A stretch of DNA of 64,000 nucleotides, from NCBI GenBank assembly GCA_016187725.1, contig JACPJE010000068.1:1049-65048 (forward strand), in the 5' to 3' direction. A program made the translations under genes and the position numbers. Under the pieces are notes generated by a model that saw only the letters and a program-made list of their open reading frames with translations, was not told where the DNA came from and made no database searches. How positions within the stretch are numbered: position 1 is the stretch's first letter; the number at the start of each line of letters is the position of its first letter. Below are positions 19,257-29,556 of the stretch, one piece after another. The stretch comes from Candidatus Latescibacterota bacterium (GTDB lineage Bacteria; Latescibacterota; UBA2968; UBA8231).

Positions 19257-20366
19257 GTGCGCCTCGGCCCCAAGATAACCCTGGTCACTGTCCTGCTGCT
19301 GGTGGTGAATCTGCTGTTGGACCTGTGGCTGCTGTGGGACAAAATCGGCACCCGCTCCACTCCAGAAGACAGTTTCCCAGCCGCTTTCCTGGCCGTGGGG
19401 GGCTGGACCATTCTGAGCACTGCCTACGCCGTGTACTTTGCCGTGCGCCGGCTGACCCGGCCCCTGGGCGAACTGAGCAGCATGGCCCATCACCTGGGGG
19501 AGGGCCGGCTGGAGGAGCGCATCCACTTCCAGACCCGCGATGAGATAGGAGAATTGGCCGGCACCTTCAACCAGATGGCCGCCTCCCTTCAGTCCTATCA
19601 GGACACCATGGAGCAGAAGGTGGAGGAACGCACCAGAGAATTGAAGCACTCCCAGCGGCAACTGCTCCAGGCGACCAAGCTGGCCTCGGTGGGCGAGCTG
19701 GCCGGCGGGGTGGCCCACCAGATCAACAACCCGGCCGGCATCATCCTCATGCGGGCCGGCCGCCTGGCCCAGGAAGTGACCCAACGCCGCCTGTCCGGCG
19801 AGGCCCGGGAAGACGTGCAGGTGATCCAGCGCCAGGTGGAGAAGATCCACTCCATCGTCTCGGCGCTGGTCAAGTTCGCCCGGCAGATGCCCACTGAACT
19901 GCGGCCCACCGACCTGAACAGCGTGGTCCGGCGCGCCGTGGCCCTCATCGAGGAACTGGCCCGCAACCGGGGGGTGAAGGTCATCCTGGATCTCCAGGAG
20001 TTGCCCAGGGTGGCGGCGGACGGGGCCCAGTTGGAGCAGGTGTTGATCAACCTGGTCACCAATGCGCTGGACGCCATGCCCGCGGGCGGGATCCTGACCT
20101 TTGCCACCCGCCAGGGCTCCCAGGTGGGAGGCCAGCCAGGGGTGGCCCTGTCGGTGACCGACACCGGCAGCGGTATTCCCGCCGAGCACCTGCCCCGGCT
20201 CTTCGACCCCTTCTTCACCACCAAGGAGGTGGGCAAGGGCACCGGGCTGGGGCTGTCCATCAGCTACGGGATCGTCCAGGAGCACGGGGGCACCATCGAA
20301 GTGGAAAGCGAGCCGGGCAAGGGCAGCCGCTTCACCCTCTGCCTGCCGGCCCTGCCGGCTTCCTGA
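19257..20366 (+). CDS. Membrane HAMP sensor histidine kinase (NtrB-like)
   Basis: Two hydrophobic segments, HAMP 'RDEIGELAGTFNQM', 'GVAHQINNP', G-boxes. Confidence 0.9.
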   Translation: MRLGPKITLVTVLLLVVNLLLDLWLLWDKIGTRSTPEDSFPAAFLAVGGWTILSTAYAVYFAVRRLTRPLGELSSMAHHLGEGRLEERIHFQTRDEIGELAGTFNQMAASLQSYQDTMEQKVEERTRELKHSQRQLLQATKLASVGELAGGVAHQINNPAGIILMRAGRLAQEVTQRRLSGEAREDVQVIQRQVEKIHSIVSALVKFARQMPTELRPTDLNSVVRRAVALIEELARNRGVKVILDLQELPRVAADGAQLEQVLINLVTNALDAMPAGGILTFATRQGSQVGGQPGVALSVTDTGSGIPAEHLPRLFDPFFTTKEVGKGTGLGLSISYGIVQEHGGTIEVESEPGKGSRFTLCLPALPAS

Positions 20367-20388
20367 CCAAGCGAAAAGAGAAAGCCCT

Positions 20389-21792
20389 ATGGCACGCGCC
20401 CATATCCTCATCGTCGATGACGAGACTGACCTGGCCATCAGCTGCCAGCGGCTCTTCAACAGCAAGGGGTACCAGAGCGCGGTGGTCGGCAACGGCCGCG
20501 ACGCCCTCGAGTACCTCCAGGCCGAGGAGCCCCAGCTGGTGCTCACGGATCTGAAGATGCCCGGCATGGACGGCATGGAATTGCTGCAGCAGATCAAGGC
20601 CCACTACCCAGAGATCCAGGTGGTGCTCATGACCGCGTACAGCACCATCGAGGACGCGGTGGCCGCCATGCGCCTGGGGGCCGCTGACTTTCTGCCCAAA
20701 CCCTTCACCGCCGACCACTTGGCCATCGTGGTGGAGAAGGTGCTGGCCGCCCGCACCCTGCGGGAGGAGAACCGCACCCTCAAGGAGCAGCTCAGCCGCC
20801 GCTACAGCTTTGAGAACATCATCGGCAAGAGCCAGGCCATGACCCAGATCTTCGAGCTGATCAAGAAGATCTCCGACACCAACGTCAACGTGCTGGTCTG
20901 CGGGGCCAGCGGCACGGGCAAGGAACTCATCGCCCGCAGCATCCACGCCAACAGCAGCCGCAGCTCCCGCGCCTTTGTGCCCATCAACTGCGGCGCCCTG
21001 CCCGAACACCTGGTGGAAAGCGAGATCTTCGGGTACGAGCGGGGGGCCTTCACCGGGGCGGCCCACGCCAAGCCGGGCCTGCTGGAGACCGCCGACGGGG
21101 GCACCTTCTTCCTGGACGAGATCAGCGAATTGCCCATGCCATTGCAGGTCAAGTTCCTGCGGGTGCTCCAGGACGGCAAATTCCGCCGGCTGGGCAGCAA
21201 CCAGGAGCGCGAGGTGGACCTGCGCCTGATCTGCGCCACCAACCAGCCCCTGGAGGAAAAGGTGGAGGCCAACCAGTTCCGCGAGGACCTCTACTACCGC
21301 ATCAACACCTTCACCATCCAGATTCCCCCCCTGCGGGACCGGCGCGACGACATCCCGCTCTTGGCCAACCACTTTCTCCAGCACTACGCCCGCCAGCACC
21401 AGAAGCCGGTCAACGCCATCTCCCCCCAGGCCATGGAACTCTTGCTCAAGGGGGAGTGGAAGGGGAACATCCGCGAGCTGGAGCACGTGCTGGAGCGGGC
21501 GGTGATCCTGGCCTCGGGGGAAACGGTGCAGCCGGAAGACCTCCCGCCCCAGATCCGCCCCACCGAGAACAACTTCCAGACCCCGCAGACCTTCCTGCTC
21601 AACCTGCCCTTCAAGGAGGCCAAGGACCAGCTCATCGAGGACTTCGAGCGCCGCTACATCGAGGACGTGCTGCAGAAGTACCACGGCAATGTCTCGCGGG
21701 CCGCTGAGCACAGCGGCATCGACCGCCGCTCCCTGCACCGCCTGCTGGCCAAGTACCACCTCCACGCTTCGCAGCTGGTGCGGGAGGAGTAA
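20389..21792 (+). CDS. NtrC-family sigma54-dependent response regulator
   Basis: REC domain, 'GASGTGKE', GAFTGA, 'FLDEI', C-terminal HTH. Confidence 0.95.
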   Translation: MARAHILIVDDETDLAISCQRLFNSKGYQSAVVGNGRDALEYLQAEEPQLVLTDLKMPGMDGMELLQQIKAHYPEIQVVLMTAYSTIEDAVAAMRLGAADFLPKPFTADHLAIVVEKVLAARTLREENRTLKEQLSRRYSFENIIGKSQAMTQIFELIKKISDTNVNVLVCGASGTGKELIARSIHANSSRSSRAFVPINCGALPEHLVESEIFGYERGAFTGAAHAKPGLLETADGGTFFLDEISELPMPLQVKFLRVLQDGKFRRLGSNQEREVDLRLICATNQPLEEKVEANQFREDLYYRINTFTIQIPPLRDRRDDIPLLANHFLQHYARQHQKPVNAISPQAMELLLKGEWKGNIRELEHVLERAVILASGETVQPEDLPPQIRPTENNFQTPQTFLLNLPFKEAKDQLIEDFERRYIEDVLQKYHGNVSRAAEHSGIDRRSLHRLLAKYHLHASQLVREE

Positions 21793-21807
21793 CCCATTGG
21801 TCCGGCC

Positions 21808-22842
21808 ATGGACGAGAGCTTCCGTTCGGTGCTGCCCTACCTGCGCCTCCAGGACCAGACCCCGCCCTGGCTGGGGGAGTTCTTCGCCTTCCTCGGCCTG
21901 GTGGTCCTCCCCGCCCTGATCCTCTTCTACTGGATCAGGAAACACCGCCTCCAGCGCCATGCCTGGGAAGCCTTTCTCGAACACGCCGCCGAGCGGGGCC
22001 TCAATCCCGAGCAGGGCCGGCTGCTGGCGCAGATCGCCCGCCAGCACCAGATGAAGCATCCCCTGCTGCTGCTGAGTTCCATCAAATCCTTCGACCACCA
22101 CCTGGGGCGCTACGCCCACGGCCTGGGCCCCGGCTTTTCGCGGAAGGCGGCCGCCGAACTGGGCGCCCTGCGCCGGTCCTTGGGTTTCGACCAGCCCACC
22201 CCCCGCCAGGCCCTCTACTCCACCCGTCAGGTCAGCCCGGGCCAGACGCTGATGGTCTGGCCCGCCCCGGGCAGGAGCGAAGGTTTCTGTCCCTGCGTGG
22301 TGGTCAAGCGCGACGAGGCCTCCATCACCCTGGCGCCGCTGCTGCGCAAAGACGAGGAATGCTTCGCCGGGCTGGAGGCCGGAGCCCAACTCAAGGTGCG
22401 CCTGTGGGGGCCAGATCACCTAGAGTACCGGTTCCGCACCCACCTGCTGCCGGGCAATCCCGAATCGCTGCTCTTCTCCATCCGCCACGGAGACCGGCTG
22501 GAGCGCATCCAGCAGCGGGACTTCTTCCGCATGAAGGTGCGTTTCGAGGTAGTGCTCTACCCCGCCGGGAGGGCCGAGCCCCTGCCCGCCACGGTCCTGG
22601 ACTTGAGCGGGGGCGGCATGGCCGTGCTCACCGACACCCCCCTGCCCCTCGACCAGGTGGTGGTGATCGACCCGCACTTCGCGGGGGACTTCCCCCTGGC
22701 CGGCCTGCACTGCCAGGCGGTCAAGCAGGCGGACCAGGGCCGGGGATACCGGCTCAGCCTGGAATTCCTGGATCTCTCACCGCACCAGGAAGCGGAGATC
22801 ATCCAGAGCATCAATACCTACCAGTTGCACCGGGCTTCATGA
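21808..22842 (+). CDS. PilZ-domain protein (YcgR-like C-terminus) with N-terminal membrane anchor
   Basis: 'QQRDFFR' (RxxxR) and 'DLSGGG' (DxSxxG) c-di-GMP motifs; TM segment at about aa 25-42. Confidence 0.8.
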   Translation: MDESFRSVLPYLRLQDQTPPWLGEFFAFLGLVVLPALILFYWIRKHRLQRHAWEAFLEHAAERGLNPEQGRLLAQIARQHQMKHPLLLLSSIKSFDHHLGRYAHGLGPGFSRKAAAELGALRRSLGFDQPTPRQALYSTRQVSPGQTLMVWPAPGRSEGFCPCVVVKRDEASITLAPLLRKDEECFAGLEAGAQLKVRLWGPDHLEYRFRTHLLPGNPESLLFSIRHGDRLERIQQRDFFRMKVRFEVVLYPAGRAEPLPATVLDLSGGGMAVLTDTPLPLDQVVVIDPHFAGDFPLAGLHCQAVKQADQGRGYRLSLEFLDLSPHQEAEIIQSINTYQLHRAS

Positions 22843-22844
22843 CG

Positions 22845-22875
22845 CCTCAACGCCCCAACGTATGGGGCGTTGAGG
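22845..22875. terminator. 13-bp hairpin between convergent genes
   Basis: CCTCAACGCCCCA-ACGTA-TGGGGCGTTGAGG. Confidence 0.55.
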
Positions 22876-22918
22876 GGAAGAGGTAGTGGGGCTGGGCAGC
22901 GAGCGAAACCCGACACCA

Positions 22919-25188
22919 TCACGAAGTGGGGGATTGGCCTGGCTCAAGGGCAAAGGAGATGTGGTACGCCCCCTCCTCGAAGCGGCTCTGGATGGGGCCG
23001 GGAGCGCAGAGGTGGAAGACGTGCATCATACGGGTGTTCTCCACCAGCACGTCGGCGCTCATCCCCTCGATGCCGCGGTGCCTGGCGATCTCGATGAGCC
23101 GGCCCACCAGGTAACTCCCCACCCCCTTGTCCTGCCAGTCGTCGCGCACCATGAAGGCGCAGTCGGCCCAGTTGGTGGCCGGGTCCAGATGGTAGCGACC
23201 CACGGCGATGATCACCTGCCTTTCCCCCTCGGGCACCATGCCCACCAGGGCCAGGTGGCGCTGGTAGTCGATGGCCACGAACTGCTGGGCCCGCCGGTGG
23301 GGCATGGCCTTGAGGTGGGAGAAGAAGCGCAGGTAGATAGTCTTCTCGGAGGAGCGGTAGAAGAGTTCCTGGAGCAGGGGCTCGTCAGTGGGTTCGATGG
23401 GGCGGAAATGCACTCCCACCCCGCCGTGGGACTGGAAATCGCTCTCCAATTCCTCCAGCACCGCCACCCCGCCCACGTCGGTTTTGTGGAGGATGTCGGG
23501 GGAGGCGATCTTCATCACCACCGGGAAACCCACTGCCGCGCACACCGCCTCCACCTCCCCGCGGCTGCGGGCCAGGCCCCGCCTGGGCACTGGGAAGCCG
23601 TAGGCCTCCAGCACTTCGAGGGCCTCGCTCTCGGACAGTTGGCGCCGCCCCTGGCCCAGGGCCCCGGAGAGCAGGCTGTTGGCCCGGGCCCGGTCCACGG
23701 AAAAGATCCGCTCCTCGGTGCGGGGCCGCTCGCGCCACTGGCTGTACTGCCACATGGCCCGCAGCACCCTGGCCCCCTCCTCGGGGAAAGGATAGTGGGG
23801 CACCCCGCCCTGGCGCAGGATCTCCACCCCGGCGGCCACGTCGAGGCCCCCCATGAAGGAGGCCAGCACCGGCTTGACGCGGCGCTGGCTGAAACGGGCC
23901 ACCACCCGGGCCACCTCCTCGATGTCGGTCATGGTCTGGGGGGTGAGGATGACCAGGGCGCTGTCGGTGTCCTCGTCTTCGAGTACCGCCTGCAGGGCCG
24001 CGGCATAGCGCTCGCTGCGGGCGTCGCCGATCAGGTCGATGGGGTTCTTGAGGCTGGCCTCGGGCGGCAGCGAGGCGGCCATGCGGGCGCGGGTCTCCTC
24101 CCCGAAGCGGGCCAGCTGCAGGCCCTGGCGCACGCAGGCGTCGGTGGTCATGATCCCCGGGCCGCCGGCATTGGTGACGATGGCCACCCGGGCGCCTTTG
24201 GGCATGGGCTGGGAGGCGAAGGCCACCGCGTACCCGAAGAGTTCCTGCACCGTATCCACCCGCAGCACCCCGGCCTGGGACATGATGGTGTCGTAGACCT
24301 CGTCGGTGCCGGCCAGGGAGCCGGTGTGGGAGGCCGCGGCGCTGGCGCCTTCGGGCGTGCGGCCGGTCTTGATGGCCAGGATGGGCTTGTTGTGCTGGCC
24401 CTGCTCGGCGGTGATCTGGCGGGCCAGGTGGATGAAGCGCTGCCCTTCGCTGAGTTCCTCGATGTACATCAGGATGACTTCGGTCTGGGGGTCGCCGGCC
24501 AGGTACTGGAGCAGGTCGAGTTCATCGACGTCGGACTTGTTGCCGAAACTGATAAACTTCGAGAAGCCGATCAGGTTGGCCCGGGCGTAGTCGAGGATGG
24601 AGGTGCACAGGGCCCCGGACTGGGAGATGAAGGCGATATTGCCCGGCTGGGCCATGGAGCGGGCGAAGCTGGCGTTCATCGAGAGGGCCGGGTCGGTGTT
24701 GATCAGTCCCAGGCAGTTGGGGCCCAAGAGGGCGATGCCGGCCTCCTGGGCCTGGCGGCTCAGGGCCTCCTCCAGCTGGGCGCCCTGGCTGCCCACCTCC
24801 TTGAGGCGGAGAGCACGATGGCGCTGTGGATGCCCTTGCGGGCGCATTCGCCGAGCACCCCGCCCACCCCGGCGGCGGGGATGGCCACCACCGCCATGTC
24901 CACCGGCTCGGCGATCTCCAGCACGCTCTGGTGGCATTTGACCCCCATGATGCTGGGTTGCTTGGGGTTGACGGGATAGAGGGTGCCGGTATAGCCGTTC
25001 ATCAAGAGATTCCGGAACACCGAATGGCCCACGCTCCCCTCGCGCCGGCTGGCGCCGATCACGGCGATGGCCCCCGGCTCGAAGAGGGCCTTGAGCGCCC
25101 GGGACTGACGCGCCCGCTGGCGGGTGTCTTCCAGGGTCTTGGCCTTGAACACCGGGGTGGTGGGGGTGGAATCAGCTTCTGGGACCAT
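22919..25188 (-). pseudogene. Acetate-CoA ligase (ADP-forming) family + GNAT (Pat-like), frameshifted and internally truncated
   Basis: CoA-binding 'IAVIGAS', 'GPNCLG', 'SQSGA', 'SHTGSLAG', 'TNAGGPG'. Frame break at about 24805. The ATP-grasp domain stops at 'HKTDVGGV' and joins a GNAT domain ('VRDDWQDKGVG'). Confidence 0.8.
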
Positions 25189-25289
25189 TGCAGGTCGCCT
25201 CCTTCAGCCAGAGGGCGCGCGGTGCCGTGTCGCAGGTGCCGATGGGGGGGGCGTGCTGGACCATGTCCTCTTCTCTAAGTCTGAGCGGG

Positions 25290-25304
25290 GCAAATACCGT
25301 GCCA
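25290..25304 (-). promoter_or_regulatory. sigma54 -24/-12 promoter
   Basis: TGGCACG-GTAT-TTGC on the minus strand, upstream of 25188. Confidence 0.7.
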
Positions 25305-25367
25305 CTCCTTGCTGCATTGACACTCATTCTGTGCTGACTTACCGTCTAACTCCTGGAGGACCACCCC

Positions 25368-27779
25368 ATGATAGAAGAACTGTCAGGCGATCAGGTGCGC
25401 AAGGCGTGCGACCCGCAGGCCCTGGGTTTTGCCACCACCGATGAACTCTCCCCGGTGGAGGGCATCATCGGCCAGCAGCGGGCAGTGGAGGCCCTGCGCT
25501 TCGGCCTGGACATGCCCGACCGCGGCTTCAATATCTACGTGGCCGGCCTGCCCGGCACCGGCCGCACCACCGCGGTCCAGGCCTTTCTCGAAGAGCGGGC
25601 CCGCCAGCAGGCCTCGCCGGCGGACTGGTGCTACGTGAACAACTTCCAGGATCCGTACCGGCCCCGCGCCCTGCGCCTGCCCCCCAGCAGGGGCAGGGAA
25701 CTGCAGCGCGACCTCAAAAGCTTCATCGAGCGGGCCCGCCGCGACCTGCGCCAGGCCTTCGACAGCGAGGAGTACACCGACCGCGAGGAGACCCTCAAGG
25801 GCGAACTCGAAAGGGAGCAGCAGGATCTCTTCCAGCGCATGAAGCAGCACGCCCAGAGCGCCGGCTTCCTGCTCCAGCTCACCCCCATGGGCATGGCCTT
25901 CGTCCCCCTCAGGGATGGCCAGCCCATCGACGCCCAGGCCTTTGCCGCCCTGCCCCTGCAGACCCGCCAGGAACTGGAGACCCGCCGGCAGACCCTCCAG
26001 GAGGAACTCAAGGGCACCCTCAAGGAAGTCCACACCCTGGAGCGCACTGCCCAGCAGCGCCTGCAGCAACTGGCCAGGGAGGTGGCCCTCTACGTGGTGG
26101 GCCTGCTGGTGGAGGACTTGCTCGACCAGTACCGCGAACTCCCCGCCGTCGAGGAGCACCTGCGGGCCGTGCAGGAGGACCTGCTGGAGAACATCGACAC
26201 CTTCCGCGCCCCTCCGGGCAACCAGCCCAACAACGGCAGGCTCCCCTGGGCGGCCCAGGACAGCCCCTTCCGCAAGTACGAGGTCAACGCGGTGGTGGAC
26301 CACGGCGGCCTCCAAGGCGCCCCGGTGGTCATCGAGCCCAACCCCACCTACCACGACCTCTTCGGCCGCATCGAGAAGGAGGCCCAGTTCGGCGCCATGC
26401 ACACCGACTTCACCCTGATCCGGGGGGGCTCCCTCCACCGCGCCAACGGCGGGTACCTGGTGGTGCACATCGAGGACGTGCTGCGCAACCTCTACGCCTG
26501 GGAGGGCCTCAAGCGCGCCCTGCGCAACGGCGCCGTGGTCATCGAGGAACTCGGCGAGCGCCTGGGCTTTGTCTCCACCCGGGGCCTGCAGCCCGAACCC
26601 ATTCCCCTCGAGGTGAAGGTGGTGCTCATCGGCAGCCCCCTGCTCTACCACCTGCTCTACCAGCACGACGAGGACTTCAATGAGCTGTTCAAGGTGAAGG
26701 CCGACTTCGACCTGCGCATGGAGCGCACCCAGGTCAACATCCGCTCCTACCTGGCCTCCATCTGCCGGCTCTGCCAGAAGGAGGGGCTGCGCTCGCTGGA
26801 CAGCCAGGCCGCCGCCAAGGTCATCGAGCACAGTTCGCGGCTGGCCGAAGACCAGGAGAAGCTCTCCACCCATTTCGCCCAGATCGCCGATCTGATCCGC
26901 GAGGCCAACTTCTGGGCTGGCAAGGAGGGGGAGCCCCTGGTGCGCGCTCCCCACCTGCGCCGGGCCATCGAGGCCAGGATCTACCGCTCCAGCCTGGTCC
27001 AGGAGCGCCTCCAGGAGGCCATCGCGCGGGGCACCCTGCTCATCGACACCGAGGGCCAGGCCGTGGGCCGCATCAACGGCCTGGCGGTGCTCGGGCTGGG
27101 GGACTACGCCTTTGGCCGGCCCAACCGCATCACCGCCAGCATCGGCCTGGGCCGGGGCGGCATCGTCGATATCGAGCGCGAGGCGCGCCTGGGCGGCCCG
27201 CTCCACACCAAAGGGGTGCTCATCCTCAGCGGCTACCTGGTCAACCAGTACGCCCAGGACAAGGCCCTGGCCCTGTCGGCGCGGCTGGTCTTCGAGCAGA
27301 GTTACGAAGGGGTGGAGGGCGACAGCGCCTCCAGCGCCGAACTCTACGCCCTGCTCTCGGCCCTCTCCGGGCTGCCCATCCGCCAGGGCCTGGCCGTGAC
27401 CGGCTCGGTCAACCAGCAGGGCCAGGTCCAGGCCATCGGCGGGGTCAATGAGAAGGTAGAGGGCTTCTTCGCCCTGTGCCAGGCCCGCGGCCTGCGCGGC
27501 GACCAGGGGGTGGTGATCCCGCGGGGCAATGTGCAGCACCTGATGCTCAGGGAGGAGGTGGCCGAGGCGGTGCGGGAGGGGCGCTTCCACCTGTGGCCGG
27601 TGCGCAGCATCGACGAGGGGATCGAGGTGCTGACCGGCGCGCCTGCCGGCCAGCGCGATTCCGAAGGCGCCTTTCCCCCCGACACGGTGCACGGCCGGGT
27701 AGACCAGCGGCTGCGCCAGATGGGACAGCTCATGCGGCAGGGCGACGAAGGCGCCCCGTCCCGCCCCGGGGAGGACTGA
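25368..27779 (+). CDS. Lon-like protease (LonC/AAA_32-type)
   Basis: 'IIGQQRA', 'GGSLHRANGGYL', catalytic 'EGDSAS' and 'IGGVNEK'; Walker A reads GLPGTGRT. Confidence 0.9.
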   Translation: MIEELSGDQVRKACDPQALGFATTDELSPVEGIIGQQRAVEALRFGLDMPDRGFNIYVAGLPGTGRTTAVQAFLEERARQQASPADWCYVNNFQDPYRPRALRLPPSRGRELQRDLKSFIERARRDLRQAFDSEEYTDREETLKGELEREQQDLFQRMKQHAQSAGFLLQLTPMGMAFVPLRDGQPIDAQAFAALPLQTRQELETRRQTLQEELKGTLKEVHTLERTAQQRLQQLAREVALYVVGLLVEDLLDQYRELPAVEEHLRAVQEDLLENIDTFRAPPGNQPNNGRLPWAAQDSPFRKYEVNAVVDHGGLQGAPVVIEPNPTYHDLFGRIEKEAQFGAMHTDFTLIRGGSLHRANGGYLVVHIEDVLRNLYAWEGLKRALRNGAVVIEELGERLGFVSTRGLQPEPIPLEVKVVLIGSPLLYHLLYQHDEDFNELFKVKADFDLRMERTQVNIRSYLASICRLCQKEGLRSLDSQAAAKVIEHSSRLAEDQEKLSTHFAQIADLIREANFWAGKEGEPLVRAPHLRRAIEARIYRSSLVQERLQEAIARGTLLIDTEGQAVGRINGLAVLGLGDYAFGRPNRITASIGLGRGGIVDIEREARLGGPLHTKGVLILSGYLVNQYAQDKALALSARLVFEQSYEGVEGDSASSAELYALLSALSGLPIRQGLAVTGSVNQQGQVQAIGGVNEKVEGFFALCQARGLRGDQGVVIPRGNVQHLMLREEVAEAVREGRFHLWPVRSIDEGIEVLTGAPAGQRDSEGAFPPDTVHGRVDQRLRQMGQLMRQGDEGAPSRPGED

Positions 27780-27782
27780 TCC

Positions 27783-27797
27783 TGGCATGGAATTTGC
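27783..27797 (+). promoter_or_regulatory. sigma54 -24/-12 promoter
   Basis: TGGCATG-GAAT-TTGC immediately after the protease stop codon. Confidence 0.6.
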
Positions 27798-27969
27798 GGA
27801 TTTTTTGCAGAACGCCCTTGTAGAGCAGTGCTGAGTGCCCTGCCTCCCGTGGCCGCGCGGGGGGAGGGTGTATGTTCCAGGTGTATTTCCTTCTACGACG
27901 ACCGCTGGACAGCTGCCACTGCCCAGCATTTGGAGATAGGAGGCTGGGATATGCCACCTGGTGAAATGG

Positions 27970-27998
27970 GGCGGCTGCATCGACGGGATGCAGCCGCC
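27970..27998. terminator. 12-bp hairpin
   Basis: GGCGGCTGCATC-GACGG-GATGCAGCCGCC. Confidence 0.45.
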
Positions 27999-28303
27999 AG
28001 CGCGCTATCCCCCATAGCTTTACCGGCTGCTTTCAGCAGCCTCAACTAGCATCTCGCAAGAGCGCGCGCTTCCGCACCGGAAGCTTTCCCCGCTGCACCC
28101 AGAGTGGTGAGCGGGGATTTTTGTGAGACCCCTCGGTCCCGAAACCATCCCTGCCAGAGACTCCCCAGTCCCGGTGTACCCGCGTTTTCAACCCGCTTTG
28201 GTGCGCCATTTTGGTCTCCACCGGGCCTTCCCCCTGGGACACCTCCCCGGCATGGCCGGCCCCCTCGGGCGCCTTGACGCCGCCGCCTTCGCCATTCTCA
28301 GGG

Positions 28304-28318
28304 TGGCACGCAATTTGA
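28304..28318 (+). promoter_or_regulatory. Near-consensus sigma54 promoter
   Basis: TGGCACG-CAAT-TTGA (-12 reads GA rather than GC), upstream of the sigma factor gene. Confidence 0.45.
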
Positions 28319-28375
28319 TAGGGAAAAATCCACAGCGAGCAGTGCTCCCCCACTTTCTCCAACTCGGAGTCCTCT

Positions 28376-29239
28376 ATGGTCGCTTCCAGGTCCAACAACC
28401 GCCACTCGGAAAAAGAACTCAGCGATCCGGTCTTCCTCTACTGGCAGAGCATCGAATACTACCAGCCCCTCACCCGCGAACAGGAAGTGGCCCTGGTCCG
28501 CCAGGCCCGCGAGGGGGACGAGGAAGCGTTGAATAACCTGGTCACCGCCAATCTGCGCTTCGTGGTCAGCGTGGCCAAGGAGTATTCCGGGTACGGCCTG
28601 TCGATGATCGAGCTGATCTCCGAGGGCAACCTGGGCCTACTGGAGGCGGCCCGCCGCTTCGACGAGAACCGGGGCTTCAAGTTCATCACCTACGCGGTGT
28701 GGTGGATACGCCAGGCTATGCTCAAGGCCCTGGCCATGCAGAAAAAGACCATCCCCCCCCCGGTGAACCAGATGAACGACCTCAAGAAACTGGAGCGCGA
28801 GGCCGTCGGCCTGACCCAGGAACTGGGCCGCACCCCCACGGCCGAGGAGATGGCCAGCAAGGCCGGCATCAGCCTGAGCCGGACCACTCGGGCCCTGCAG
28901 GCGGGCAAGTCCGACATCTCCCTCAATGCTTCCCTGTACCCCGATGAGGACAAGACCCTGATTTCCGAGTTGGCCGGCGGGGAAACCGGCCTGGAAGAGG
29001 AATTCGAGCGGCACATCCTGGCGGAGACCGTGGCCCGCTGCCTGGAGGCTCTCAACAAGCGGGAGTGCCGGATCCTGAGGCGCTACTACGGCCTGGACGG
29101 CCAGCCCCCCATGACCCTGGAGCAGATCGGCGAGGGCATGGGCCTGACCAGGGAACGCATCCGCCAGATCCGCGACCACGCGCTGGACAAGCTGCGCGCC
29201 CGCTATGGGGAAGTGCTGGTGGAGTTCTCGCGCAATTGA
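28376..29239 (+). CDS. RNA polymerase sigma factor, RpoD/RpoS-like short form
   Basis: 'ANLRFVVSVAKEY', 'EGNLGL', 'GFKFITYAVWWIRQA', 'TLEQIGEGMGLTRERIRQI'. Confidence 0.93.
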   Translation: MVASRSNNRHSEKELSDPVFLYWQSIEYYQPLTREQEVALVRQAREGDEEALNNLVTANLRFVVSVAKEYSGYGLSMIELISEGNLGLLEAARRFDENRGFKFITYAVWWIRQAMLKALAMQKKTIPPPVNQMNDLKKLEREAVGLTQELGRTPTAEEMASKAGISLSRTTRALQAGKSDISLNASLYPDEDKTLISELAGGETGLEEEFERHILAETVARCLEALNKRECRILRRYYGLDGQPPMTLEQIGEGMGLTRERIRQIRDHALDKLRARYGEVLVEFSRN

Positions 29240-29242
29240 ACG

Positions 29243-29257
29243 CGGCACGCGACTTGC
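29243..29257 (+). promoter_or_regulatory. sigma54 -24/-12 promoter
   Basis: CGGCACG-CGAC-TTGC just after the sigma gene stop. Confidence 0.55.
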
Positions 29258-29448
29258 TCTTCTACCGCTCAGGGACCAGGGTCGCCAAGGAGGTGGATCA
29301 TGAAGCCAAAATCCTCTGTTCAACTAAAAGATTTTGCGGTCCCCGGAATCCTGGCTTTTCTGTGGGTTCTTTTCCTGCTCTGGTACGGCGCCACTTTTTA
29401 GCACCGCCGCCCGCGCGAGGAGGCGGTTTTATCGAAAGGAGACCAACC

Positions 29449-29547
29449 ATGAAACATCCTCTTTCCGCCCTGCTGAAGGACCCCTACGTCCTCGCCACTG
29501 TGGTCATCATCCTGGGTATCTTCGGCTTCTGGTTTTCCGTCCGCTGA
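29449..29547 (+). CDS. 32-aa single-pass membrane peptide
   Basis: AAGGAG RBS; MKHPLSALLKDPYVLATVVIILGIFGFWFSVR; followed by a GC hairpin. Confidence 0.6.
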   Translation: MKHPLSALLKDPYVLATVVIILGIFGFWFSVR

Positions 29548-29556
29548 TTTTCCTTC

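Noticed and set aside
25172-25264. 30-codon upstream ORF on the minus strand before the acyl-CoA ligase gene
   Set aside because: It has an RBS-like sequence but spans a G8 homopolymer and has no other support.
25383-27980. Very long antisense or alternate-frame ORFs (also 6485-8911, 36456-39023, 52853-55687)
   Set aside because: These are shadow ORFs expected from high-GC codon bias over real genes, with no recognisable motifs.
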